Part shown: in pieces, positions 1 to 7,745 of the stretch
Layout of the letters: every line of letters begins with the position of its first letter
How positions within the stretch are numbered: position 1 is the stretch's first letter
NCBI RefSeq assembly: GCF_006345805.1
Contig: NW_021828034.1
Location: 1 to 8,986 of the forward strand
Length of the DNA: 8,986 nucleotides
Reading direction: 5' to 3'
Source of the DNA: Octopus sinensis
Lineage: Eukaryota
Notes under the pieces: generated by a model
Databases searched by the model: none
Told to the model about the DNA's origin: nothing
The model's input: the letters and a program-made list of their open reading frames with translations, nothing else
Made by a program: the position numbers and the translations under genes

Positions 1-63
1 ACCAAGCCACGCCCCATCACTACTTACTCACAGTGATACTTGTCACTTTGTAATAGGACTCGG

Positions 64-263
64 TACAATAATTCCTCACCCTATCGCGGTTCACCTATCG
101 CGGTTTATTATTTAAGCTTACGTCGATTCCTCAGTCGGGTTGTTTTGCATTTATAATAAATGTATAAAAATTATAAAAATAATGTTACATAAATAATATA
201 CAGAACAGTTTCTGCTTCGCGGATTTTCACCTATCACGGGTGTTTTGGAACGTAATAGCCGCG
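64..263 (+). mobile_element. Tigger/pogo-like (Tc1/mariner superfamily) MITE, right end truncated
   Basis: Left end TA|CAATAATTCCTCACCCTATCGCGGTTCACCTATCGCGG. Subterminal CCTATC(G/A)CGG occurs at 80-89, 94-103 and 230-239. The AT-rich interior is followed by TTCGCGGATTTTCACCTATCACGG..GGAACGTAA..CCGCG, which resembles the right end of Tigger-like MITEs; the outer right TIR is missing. 64-102 matches 5871-5909 at 33/39. Confidence 0.6.
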
Positions 264-571
264 TTATGTATCTAGCGTTCATAGATCACGTGTCAACTAC
301 ATAGAACCGTCTTTTGGAAAGTTCGGTGATTTTACCAGAGAATAAATCACTTCGCTAGCTAAAAATTGCATTTCTTTTTTCTGTTTTCGTTCGAGTTTCA
401 AGAACAGATTTATGAAAATTGGAATTTTCTTCACCGAGCAACATTAAAATAGCTAACTTAAAATGCAAAACATCCAATGTATTAAGAATGAAATGCGACC
501 ATATTTAACAGACGTCTTAATAAAAAATCGTTCACTTACATCAAGTTCATGTTTCATTCAAATATGATTTG

Positions 572-588
572 TCTATCTACCTACCTAC

Positions 589-621
<33 letters not shown>

Positions 622-715
622 AAATCTATCTATCTGTCTATCTATCTATCTACATATCTATCTACCTATCTCTATCTATCTATCTAACTGCCTGTCTATC
701 TACCTACCTACCTAC

Positions 716-750
<35 letters not shown>

Positions 751-786
751 CTATCTACCTATCTATCTCTTTCTCTCTCTCTCTCC

Positions 787-817
<31 letters not shown>

Positions 818-910
818 ATATATATATGTACCTATCTGTCTTCGTATGTCTCTCTCTCTCTCCCTATCTATCTATGTATCTCCCTATCTGTCTATCCGTC
901 TGTGTCTGTG
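572..910. repeat. Compound microsatellite (TATC)n/(TACC)n, (TC)n, (TA)n with degenerate tail
   Basis: Direct reading; explains ORFs 549..818 and 569..919. Confidence 0.95.
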
Positions 911-1114
911 ATGTGTTAAAAAAGGTAAGTGATAGGGATTTAGATTTTTTTGCTACTTTTCTTACATTTTAAAATAAATTACGTAAGGTTCCTATCCGTA
1001 GCATACTTCTATTTATCTTCCAAACATACGTGAGATGGATAATATGGGAGTATTATAGCGATGATAGGCTTGTTAATGTGGTGAGCTCTAACAGTTTATA
1101 CATATCTGTGTACG

Positions 1115-1126
1115 TATATAATATAT

Positions 1127-1159
<33 letters not shown>
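1115..1159. repeat. (TA)n microsatellite abutting the left arm of the long inverted repeat
   Basis: Direct reading. Confidence 0.95.
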
Positions 1160-1606
1160 ATCAAAATAAGCAACAAGGATATCCAAGGTAGTGTAGTACA
1201 ATTGTTTCATGCTACTTCATCTTATTAAACACTGTAAGTATTACATCAGTTTTAAAGTGTCGTGCAATCTTCAGCCACATATAGAATTCCTTAATTAAAC
1301 GGACAATGCACATTCTTATACTTATTTCAGTGATAAAATCTACAGACGGAGACGAACATACTACCACCATGTTCTTAATGATGAAATTAACCTCTCTGTC
1401 TATGTATCTACCCTCTTTGTAATGTTGCCAAATGAAATAAGTATAAGAATGTGCATTGTCCGTTTAATTAAAAAATTCTCTATGTGGCTGAAGATTGCTC
1501 AACATTTTAAAACTGATGTAATACTTACAGTGCTTAATAAGGTGGAGTAGCTTGAAACAATTGTACTACACTATCTTGGATAGCCTTGCTGCTTATTTTG
1601 ATTATA
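1156..1606. repeat. Long inverted repeat: 174-bp arms (1156-1329 and 1433-1606) with a 103-bp spacer
   Basis: Manual alignment of the left arm to the reverse complement of the right arm gives 161/174 identities, 13 substitutions and no indels. Confidence 0.95.
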
Positions 1607-1708
1607 ATCACCCCATAGATTTATATGGATAATTCCATACAAAATTCTGGTGCCTTTAACTTAAGTACCATATTCCTCTGAATCTAAATCTTGCTGAACT
1701 TATATATA

Positions 1709-2151
1709 TTTTTTCTCTTTTTTTTCTTTCTTTTTCTTTACTTGTTTCAGTCATTTGATTGCGGCCATGCTGGAGCACCGCCTTTAATCGAGCAACTCGA
1801 CCCCGGGACTTATTCTTTGTAAGCCCAGTACTTATTCTATCGGTCTCTTTTTGCCGAACCGCTAAGTGACGGGGACATAAACACACCAGCATCGGTTGTC
1901 AAGCAATGCTAGGGGGACAAACACAGACAACAAACACAACACACAACATATATATATATATATATATTTATAATATATATATATTCATATATACATATAT
2001 TCGACGGGCCTCTTTCAGTTTCGTCCACCAAATCCACTCACAAGGCTTTGGTCGGCCCGAGCTATAGTGAAGACACTTGCCCAAGGTGCCACGCAGTGGG
2101 ACTGAACCAGAACCATGTGGTTGGTAAACAAGCTACTTACCACACAGCCAC
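1709..2151 (-). mobile_element. tRNA-derived SINE (octopus-type), near full length
   Basis: The minus-strand head has A-box-like TGGCTGTGTGG (2150-2140), B-box-like GGTTCAGTCC (2108-2099) and CORE-like CCTTGGGCAAGT (2086-2075). An internal (CA)/(TA) tract lies at ~1921-2000. The 3' part ends GACTGAAACAAGTAAAG (to ~1736) followed by an A-rich tail (1735-1709). The head recurs at 3659-3813 and the 3' end at 5022-5058. Confidence 0.85.
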
Positions 2152-2733
2152 AATGAATCATATCGAACTGGTGCCATAATAACGAAGATAAATCACGCAG
2201 AGTGAAGCCGCTGAGCATAGATTGACCTTCGATTTTGCTGTGTATGCGCAGTAAGTTTCGACGTTCTAACTCACTTCCTCTGCTTGCAGCAGTGCTTGAA
2301 AGGAACGTGTGTAGCGTGTGATCGTCACATTGACTATGTGAGAGAAAGTTTTCATGGTGATACCTGCTCAGCGGCCTATACAAAGTTACAGAAAGTGTAC
2401 GAGTGGTTCAGACGTTTTCAAGATGGCCGATAATACGTCGATATTGACGAACATTCTGGGAGAACCGCCACCCGCAGAACTGAGGAAAACATTGCAGATG
2501 TGTGTGAAGCTGTGAGGGGAAATCGTCGAATCACAGTCCGTAAGTTATCAGAGGATGTGCTGATTAGCTAAAGTTCAGTTCATTCCATTATCACTGAAGA
2601 TTTGGGTATGAGACGCGTGACTGCCAAGTTTGTGCCAAACGGGTTTCAGCTGACCAAAGAGACACTCAGGGTTTCAAACGCGCAAAATCTCCAAGATTCA
2701 GTCGATAACGATGAAATCTTTTTGAAAACTTTG
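2152..2733 (+). mobile_element. Mariner element remnant A (partial left TIR, 5' UTR, N-terminal half of transposase)
   Basis: Homologous to the inverted remnant at 2727-3004, which retains a mariner-type TIR; contains the decayed transposase frame listed separately. Confidence 0.85.
2336..2733 (+). pseudogene. Mariner transposase N-terminal/HTH region pseudogene
   Basis: The frame from 2356 reads GDTCSAAYTKLQKVYEWFRRFQDGR*YVDIDEHSGRTATRRTEENIADVCEAVRGNRRITVRKLSEDVLIS*SSVHSIITEDLGMRRVTAKFVP...DNDEIFLKT. EWF.RF..GR, D..RSGR and LGMRRV.AKFVP (WVPHEL-equivalent linker) are mariner motifs. Stops lie at 2431 and 2569, with probable frameshifts after FVP; the catalytic domain is absent. Confidence 0.9.
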
Positions 2734-3004
2734 CGTAGGCCGATGAGCAGGTATCGCCAGGCGTTCGGCAAAATTTGATGGAGATTCTCTGCACAAATTT
2801 CTTTGTCAATGTCAATGCGACGGTTAAATGCTACACATGTTCCTTCCAAGCACTGCTGTAAACAACGGAATTAAGCTAGAAAGTTGAAACAGTGCACATG
2901 CGCAACAGAGTTGAATGTGAATCTGTGCCAAGTGACTTTTCTCTGCTTGTTTTAGGTTCGTTACTATGACAACAGCCTGGATATCTATTGATCAGACCAC
3001 GTTA
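2727..3004 (-). mobile_element. Mariner remnant B (left TIR, 5' UTR, first ~28 codons), inverted relative to A
   Basis: The minus strand begins TA-ACGTGGTCTGATCAATAGATATCCAGG (mariner-like TIR). The RC of 2811-2858 matches 2287-2334 at 41/48, and the RC of 2727-2758 matches 2356-2387 at 28/32. It translates (L)TKKFVQRISIKFCRTPGDTCSSAYAK, like the mariner start M..KIEQRICIKFC. Confidence 0.85.
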
Positions 3005-3080
3005 ATATACATATGTGTGTGTGTGTGTGTGTGTATACATATATAAAATATATGGTGGGGGTGTATATATGTATGTATAT
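3005..3080. repeat. (TA)/(TG)n/(TATG) simple repeat
   Basis: Direct reading. Confidence 0.85.
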
Positions 3081-3411
3081 TAGTGTTTGTTTTTATCGTA
3101 CAATGAACTCAATTTAACATTCAGCCGAAGGATTATTAAAGACTTTTGAGAGAGTTTTGCATTATTTATAATTTGTTAACAAGTATAGTATAGACAGTGA
3201 CTTCGAAGTCTCAGACACCTACGCCATCATTGGACTGCATATACAAGCATACATGTACATTTGTGTATTTGTATGTATGCTTGTATGTATGTATGTATTC
3301 GTGAGCACATGCGCAAAGCAATGACGGAGAGAATACAAACGTGGCTTGAGTTGAAATATGTTTCAGAGATTTTTGAACACATGAAAGTTTTTCGTTAGAT
3401 GGTGGAAGGGG

Positions 3412-3459
3412 CACAGACACACATACACAGATACACAAATACACACACACACACACACA
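3412..3459. repeat. (CA)n microsatellite
   Basis: Direct reading. Confidence 0.9.
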
Positions 3460-3658
3460 GAGTTTTCTTTCTTCAGTCGAGTTCCAGATTATCTTTGCAA
3501 TTTCGACTGGTTAAACTCGAGATTGCTCTAACCTGGCCAACCCCAAGGAAAACTAAGCTAAGAGCATTAGATTCTTTGGAGGAAAGCAGCGAATGTATAC
3601 GAAAACGAAAACGGAGAATGTTACACAAAAACAAATAACAGGACATAACAACAAGTGT

Positions 3659-3813
3659 CTTGCAGCTTCCGTCTACCAAATCCATTCACAAAGCTTTGGT
3701 CGGCTTTAGACTATAGTAGAAGACACTTACGCAAGGTGCCACGCAGTGGGACTGAACATGGAACCATGTGGTTGGGAAAGAAACTTCTTACCGCACACCC
3801 ACTCCTGCGCCTA
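3659..3813 (-). mobile_element. SINE head fragment (same family as 1709-2151)
   Basis: Aligns with 2011-2151 (shared CAAGGTGCCACGCAGTGGGACTGAAC) and additionally keeps the extreme 5' end (TCCTGCGCCT on +). No 3' half is present. Confidence 0.85.
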
Positions 3814-3840
3814 CATATATATATATCTATATACATGAAT

Positions 3841-3930
3841 AGAAAGAAAGAAGGAAAGAAAGAAAGAAAGAAAGAAAGAAGGAAAGAAAGAAAGAAAGAA
3901 AGAAGGAAAGAAAGGAAGATAGAAGAAAAG
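3841..3930. repeat. (GAAA)n/(GAAG) polypurine microsatellite
   Basis: Direct reading. Confidence 0.95.
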
Positions 3931-4080
3931 CGCTATATGTTTACACAGACTCATATATTCATATAGCAAGGGCGAGTGGAAGGAAGAGGTCAGTCGAAAT
4001 TTATTCTGATGTTAGAAACAGTTAATTTGCAGATGACTCTAGTGGGCGTACATAAATACGCATACACACATTCATATACA

Positions 4081-4083
<3 letters not shown>

Positions 4084-4120
<37 letters not shown>

Positions 4121-4181
4121 TTTGTGAACGAGTATATATAATATATATATGTTTTTGGGAACGAGTATTATATATATATAG

Positions 4182-4221
<40 letters not shown>

Positions 4222-4233
4222 ATATATATATAT
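4084..4233. repeat. (TA)n with a duplicated 17-bp unique insert
   Basis: GTTTTTG(T/G)GAACGAGTA at 4118-4134 and 4151-4167. Confidence 0.9.
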
Positions 4234-4509
4234 AAACACGCCCACTATATACATAGATAACTTAGGACCATATATTCCAAATCAATGGACAGTTAGACTC
4301 TCACATAGCAACAGAGTAAAAATCTTACACAGTGCTAGGATGCGACACGCGTACACCTTATTGCAATATAAAGAAATATAATGTGTGCACGCACACACGT
4401 ACACACACCGAGGAACCTTGTAAATATAAATATACTGCAAAGAAATTCATCGAAGCATACCTAGCAATAACACTATTACACCAGGCGATACACACATTAT
4501 ACATACAAT

Positions 4510-4722
4510 GTATGTATACGTATATATGTAAATGTAAATGTATGTATAAATATATATAAATGTATACATATATGATTATAAATGTCTATATGTATATATA
4601 TATGTGTGTATATTATATATATAAATGTATATATATAATACATATATATATATATATATATATACATATATACATACATGCATATATATATAGATATATA
4701 TATATTATATATATATATATAT
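4510..4722. repeat. Degenerate (TA)n/(TACA) tract
   Basis: Direct reading. Confidence 0.9.
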
Positions 4723-4904
4723 ACTTTATTTTAAGCAGCAGAAAATTCAACAAAATCGTTACTCTGAGTTTTCTCAACGGCAACGAGAAACTCAGAGTAA
4801 CAGATTTTGTTGAATCTTCTGCTGCTTCAATAAAGCATATTACTCTACCACTGGTATTTGAGTACTCTTTTTCCACCTTGTTTCACATTATGTGTTTACT
4901 CCGG
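4720..4904. repeat. Short (TA)n-flanked element with a ~55-bp hairpin (arms 4720-4775 and 4785-4839)
   Basis: The arms align at 51/57 columns around the 9-nt loop AACGGCAAC. The right copy continues ~65 nt to the next (TA)n at 4905. Confidence 0.9.
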
Positions 4905-4975
<71 letters not shown>

Positions 4976-5000
4976 AATATATACATATAAATGCACATAT
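4905..5000. repeat. (TA)n microsatellite
   Basis: Direct reading. Confidence 0.95.
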
Positions 5001-5021
5001 ATTTTTTATTCGTTTACTCTG

Positions 5022-5058
5022 TTACTTGTTTCAGTCATTTGACTGTGGCCATGCTGGG
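5022..5058 (-). mobile_element. SINE (or partner LINE) extreme 3'-end fragment
   Basis: TTACTTGTTTCAGTCATTTGACTGTGGCCATGCTGG matches 1738-1773 with two mismatches. Confidence 0.75.
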
Positions 5059-5150
5059 GTTCCATGTATATGTTTATACATGGAGAAATACGTGTGTAAT
5101 AATATATAAGCGTAAGTACACACATGCATACATTCTTACAGATCTACATA

Positions 5151-5241
5151 CATCATCATTATCATCATCATCGCCCTCATCATCATTGTCATCATCATCA
5201 TCATCATCGTCGTCGTCATCATCATTATCGTCACCATCATC
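5151..5241. repeat. Degenerate (ATC)n trinucleotide repeat
   Basis: Direct reading; poly-Asp in one minus-strand frame. Confidence 0.9.
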
Positions 5242-5499
5242 TGAAAACTCACAAATTATATCCAGACCAGATGTAGAGAGAAAACCATTCTCATTAAGAC
5301 ATATATCTCATAATTTATCAAATTTCCTTTCTAATTTCGCAAGAAAACAAAATTCCTGGAGTTGAATAGGTTTTCATTAAAATTTCATAAAATATCGTTT
5401 TTACTTGCTTCGAGATTTAAATTTAATTTATATATTGTCTTATTAATTGCATAAGTTTCGCTTTGTTATACTTAATCATTCTGTGAAAGTAGTTTTTGT

Positions 5500-5800
5500 T
5501 ATCTGCTCGGCGGCCATATTGTCCATTGATTTTTTAAAGGTTGTAGTTAATTGGTACTAATTAGGGAGCACTGATTTAGAAAGAAACGTAATTTGGTGTC
5601 AGTACTTTCGTTTAGGCGACCTCGAACACGTGATGGGAATAAATGCAGTCCCTTTTATTCAAATGTCGGTATATGTGGTTCGAACCATTGGTATGGTAAT
5701 GCAGGATCGTGATTTCTATACGGTTCGAAGTTCTGACGTCCATTTTTGTTCGTTGAGGGGGATTTGATAAAGATTAAACAACAGGCGGATTTGCAGAAGC
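5500..5800. promoter_or_regulatory. Possible promoter-like unique segment
   Basis: Non-repetitive and CpG-retaining, with YY1-like CGGCCATATT (~5511-5520), E-box CACGTG (5627-5632), the B-box-like palindrome TGGTTCGAACCA (5676-5687) and CRE-like TGACGTC (~5734-5740). Motifs only. Confidence 0.25.
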
Positions 5801-5870
5801 GTGTGCACACACAATCACACACGCACATATCCCTGTGTGTGTGCGTGTGTTTGTATCTATACACAATATA

Positions 5871-6135
5871 TACAATAATCTCTCGACATATCGCGGTTCA
5901 CCTATCACGTACTCAGTACATCGCGGTTCTATCGATCGCTCAGTACATCGCAGATTTTCCTGTCTAATATATGTAAAACGAAAAATGCAAATCGAAAAAT
6001 GCAATCAAGACTACACTGGCCAATATCCCAAAGTGTCGATGTATCGCGCAGAGAATTCGATACCTGGATCACGAAGCTGCGGATAGGGTCATCAACCCAG
6101 ACGACTGTCACAGCCCTCCACCTCTGTGAAAGACT
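5871..6135 (+). mobile_element. Second Tigger/pogo-like remnant (left end; possible transposase C-terminal scrap)
   Basis: TA|CAATAATCTCTCGACATATCGCGGTTCACCTATCACG matches 64-102 at 33/39. At ~6090-6130 NPDD followed, after a frameshift, by QPSTS resembles pogo/Tigger C-termini (weak). No right TIR is seen and the right boundary is uncertain. Confidence 0.5.
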
Positions 6136-6561
6136 CATTCTCATTATACACAAGCCAGTCATTTTTCGTTAGACACCAGTAAGTTCGGTTTTGTTTGGTT
6201 CTATTATGACGATGACTGTATTTGTCGTAGTTGTTTGGCTTTCGACAACATAAGTCACTGAGATTTATTTGCACCAAAGTTTACTGTTGATAACTATTGA
6301 TTTTTAAACAGAAGCATAGCGAACGTATATATACGCACAGAGGAAGACACGCTAGACAACCTAGGTCCGTCAATACATACGCATAGATAAACACACAAAA
6401 AGACATAAATAGAAATATAAATAGCATATGCGTATACACTACATGTAATGTAGCATGAAGGCGGACAGATTCATTGACATCAAAGCGTACAGAAAGGTAA
6501 ACAGAAGATACAGTCATGTAGACAGCCTTACGTATACACATACAGACTGAGAGACGTTCGG

Positions 6562-6565
6562 ATAT

Positions 6566-6611
<46 letters not shown>

Positions 6612-6618
6612 TATATAT
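6562..6618. repeat. (TA)n microsatellite
   Basis: Direct reading. Confidence 0.95.
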
Positions 6619-6763
6619 TACGAAAAAAACAAAAGACGAAGACAGGTGGTGTACAAAACAAACAGATGTATTAGTATAACGCTCAGGAATAGAAAAAGTC
6701 TTTTACGTTTCGAGCCTATGCTCTTCTACAGAAAGAGACACAGAAAAAACAAGGAGAGAAAAA

Positions 6764-6770
<7 letters not shown>
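6619..6770 (-). mobile_element. ~150-bp element between two (TA)n tracts, Penelope-like/retrozyme terminus candidate
   Basis: Unique sequence bounded by (TA)n on both sides, containing a hammerhead-like motif. Confidence 0.5.
6699..6736 (-). ncRNA. Minimal type I hammerhead-ribozyme-like motif with a non-canonical core (A6U)
   Basis: The minus strand reads UCUUU-CUGUAGA-A-GAGC(AUAG)GCUC-GAAA-CG-UA-AAAGA: 5-bp stem I, 4-bp stem II, palindromic ACGU in place of stem III and a GUA cleavage triplet. Confidence 0.5.
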
Positions 6771-6795
<25 letters not shown>

Positions 6796-6796
6796 G

Positions 6797-7253
6797 CAGG
6801 GTGCGGTGAATAAATTGTCGTCGGAAATGAAAATAACATTGGCAGCTCATTTTAGCAGATATATTTATCAAAATTATATAAAAAATATCTTGAAATACTA
6901 AAGAGTAAAATCGTCATTGGTTTCAACTACGGCCTCCTGAACTCTTCTGAATCTCCTGCAGTTATTCTGGACGGTCTCTTTGTTGAAGTTGTGGAATGCT
7001 GCCATAATCCTTGCCTTCAGATCATTTTGGGGGGTTGCAAGGAGTTTTGTTAGTCTCTCCCTCAACTGCATCCAACACATAATAATCAAAAGAGTTGCAG
7101 CTTGGGGCGTTTGGTGGCCAGATTTTAGGGGAGATTTGGAAGCAGAAACTGTTTGACAGCCATAACTGCGTTTTCCTGCTTTTATGGCAGGGTGCAGAGT
7201 CCTAATTACAAGATATAGGGTCTTCCAGCAGTCACTCTCTTGACACAGGGCAG
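6797..7253 (-). mobile_element. DD37D (maT/Bmmar1-like) Tc1/mariner remnant, 3' third with terminal TIR
   Basis: The terminus CAGGGTGCGGTGAATAAATTGTCG at 6797 abuts (TA)n; the transposase C-terminus lies on the minus strand. Confidence 0.85.
6898..7253 (-). pseudogene. DD37D transposase C-terminal pseudogene fragment
   Basis: LPCVKRVTAGRPYIL*/*DSAPCHKSRKTQLWLSNSFCFQISPKIWPPNAPSCNSFDYYVLDAVEGETNKTPCNPPK/DLKARIMAAFHNFNKETVQNNCRRFRRVQEAVVETNDDFTL*. The D codons at 7201-7199 and 7087-7085 are separated by exactly 37 residues. The sequence resembles the QQDSAP.H and WPPNSPD.NP.DY motifs and has two frameshifts. Confidence 0.9.
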
Positions 7254-7582
7254 CTTTGTATGTTTTGCTTTATGTATATATCCTCGCGCATATAGCTGCA
7301 TATCTAGACAATATTCACAAATATTTAAATGATAAACTTCTGGAAAGTTTCACAGATGTTTACAGTTCCAGTGATGGATTGGATCTGTAGTCTTCGAATT
7401 AGCTTTCTCCTTTCTGGTTTTGAGAAGCCTAATTTCTCAAGATCGGTATTTAAGCAGTGTGTTATATATCCCAGGACTCCAATAATGATAGGTATATACC
7501 TGAACTTGTAATCTGGATAGAGTAAATGGAAATTTCTCAATAGTTCAGCGTGGGTGTTCTCTTTTTCACTGACCTTCAGCTG
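7254..7582 (-). mobile_element. 5'-truncated RLE-type non-LTR retrotransposon fragment (R4/Dong-like by resemblance)
   Basis: The last 85 codons of the ORF plus ~70 nt of presumed 3' UTR; the 5' junction abuts (CATA)n. Confidence 0.65.
7325..7582 (-). pseudogene. C-terminal end of a restriction-like endonuclease domain of a non-LTR retrotransposon ORF
   Basis: Open frame QLKVSEKENTHAELLRNFHLLYPDYKFRYIPIIIGVLGYITHCLNTDLEKLGFSKPERRKLIRRLQIQSITGTVNICETFQKFII*. It matches the K..KY..L / P+++G.LG / LQ...+..T..I pattern that follows PD-(D/E)xK in RLE LINEs. No ATG and no RT domain. Confidence 0.65.
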
Positions 7583-7745
7583 TATGTATGAATGTATGTA
7601 TGTATGTATGTATGTGTGTATGTATGTATGTATGTATGTGTGTGTGTATGTATGTATGTATGTATGTATGTATGTATGTATGTATGTATGTATGTATGTA
7701 TGTGTGTATGTATGTGTGTGTGTGTGTTGTGTGTACGTATGTATG
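7581..7745. repeat. (TATG)n/(TG)n microsatellite
   Basis: Direct reading. Confidence 0.95.

Noticed and set aside
549-919. ORFs of 89 and 116 aa (and similar YI/CV/TH-rich ORFs throughout)
   Set aside because: They are translations of microsatellites that lack stop codons.
1478-1570. Complete hammerhead in the IR arms (CTGAAGA at 1488 and GAAACAATTGTA at 1554)
   Set aside because: CTGAAGA is not followed by stem II plus GAAA, and no convincing core with stem I precedes the GAAA. Only the 3' half is kept, as weak support.
1156-1606. A-to-I editing signature between the IR arms
   Set aside because: The 13 mismatches are 9 transitions in both directions plus 4 transversions, with no A>G bias.
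2099-2151. tRNA gene
   Set aside because: A and B boxes are present, but there is no acceptor stem and the sequence continues into the SINE body.
2015-2383. 122-aa minus-strand ORF, and the 67-aa ORF at 2646..2849
   Set aside because: These are antisense or off-frame reads across SINE and mariner remnants.
3199-3210. 12-bp palindrome GACTTCGAAGTC
   Set aside because: Isolated; an occasional palindrome of this length is unremarkable in 9 kb.
3462-3638. Plus-strand exon after TTTTCTTTCTTCAG (3477)
   Set aside because: No recognisable protein in any frame, no clear donor, and the pyrimidine tract abuts a (CA)n repeat.
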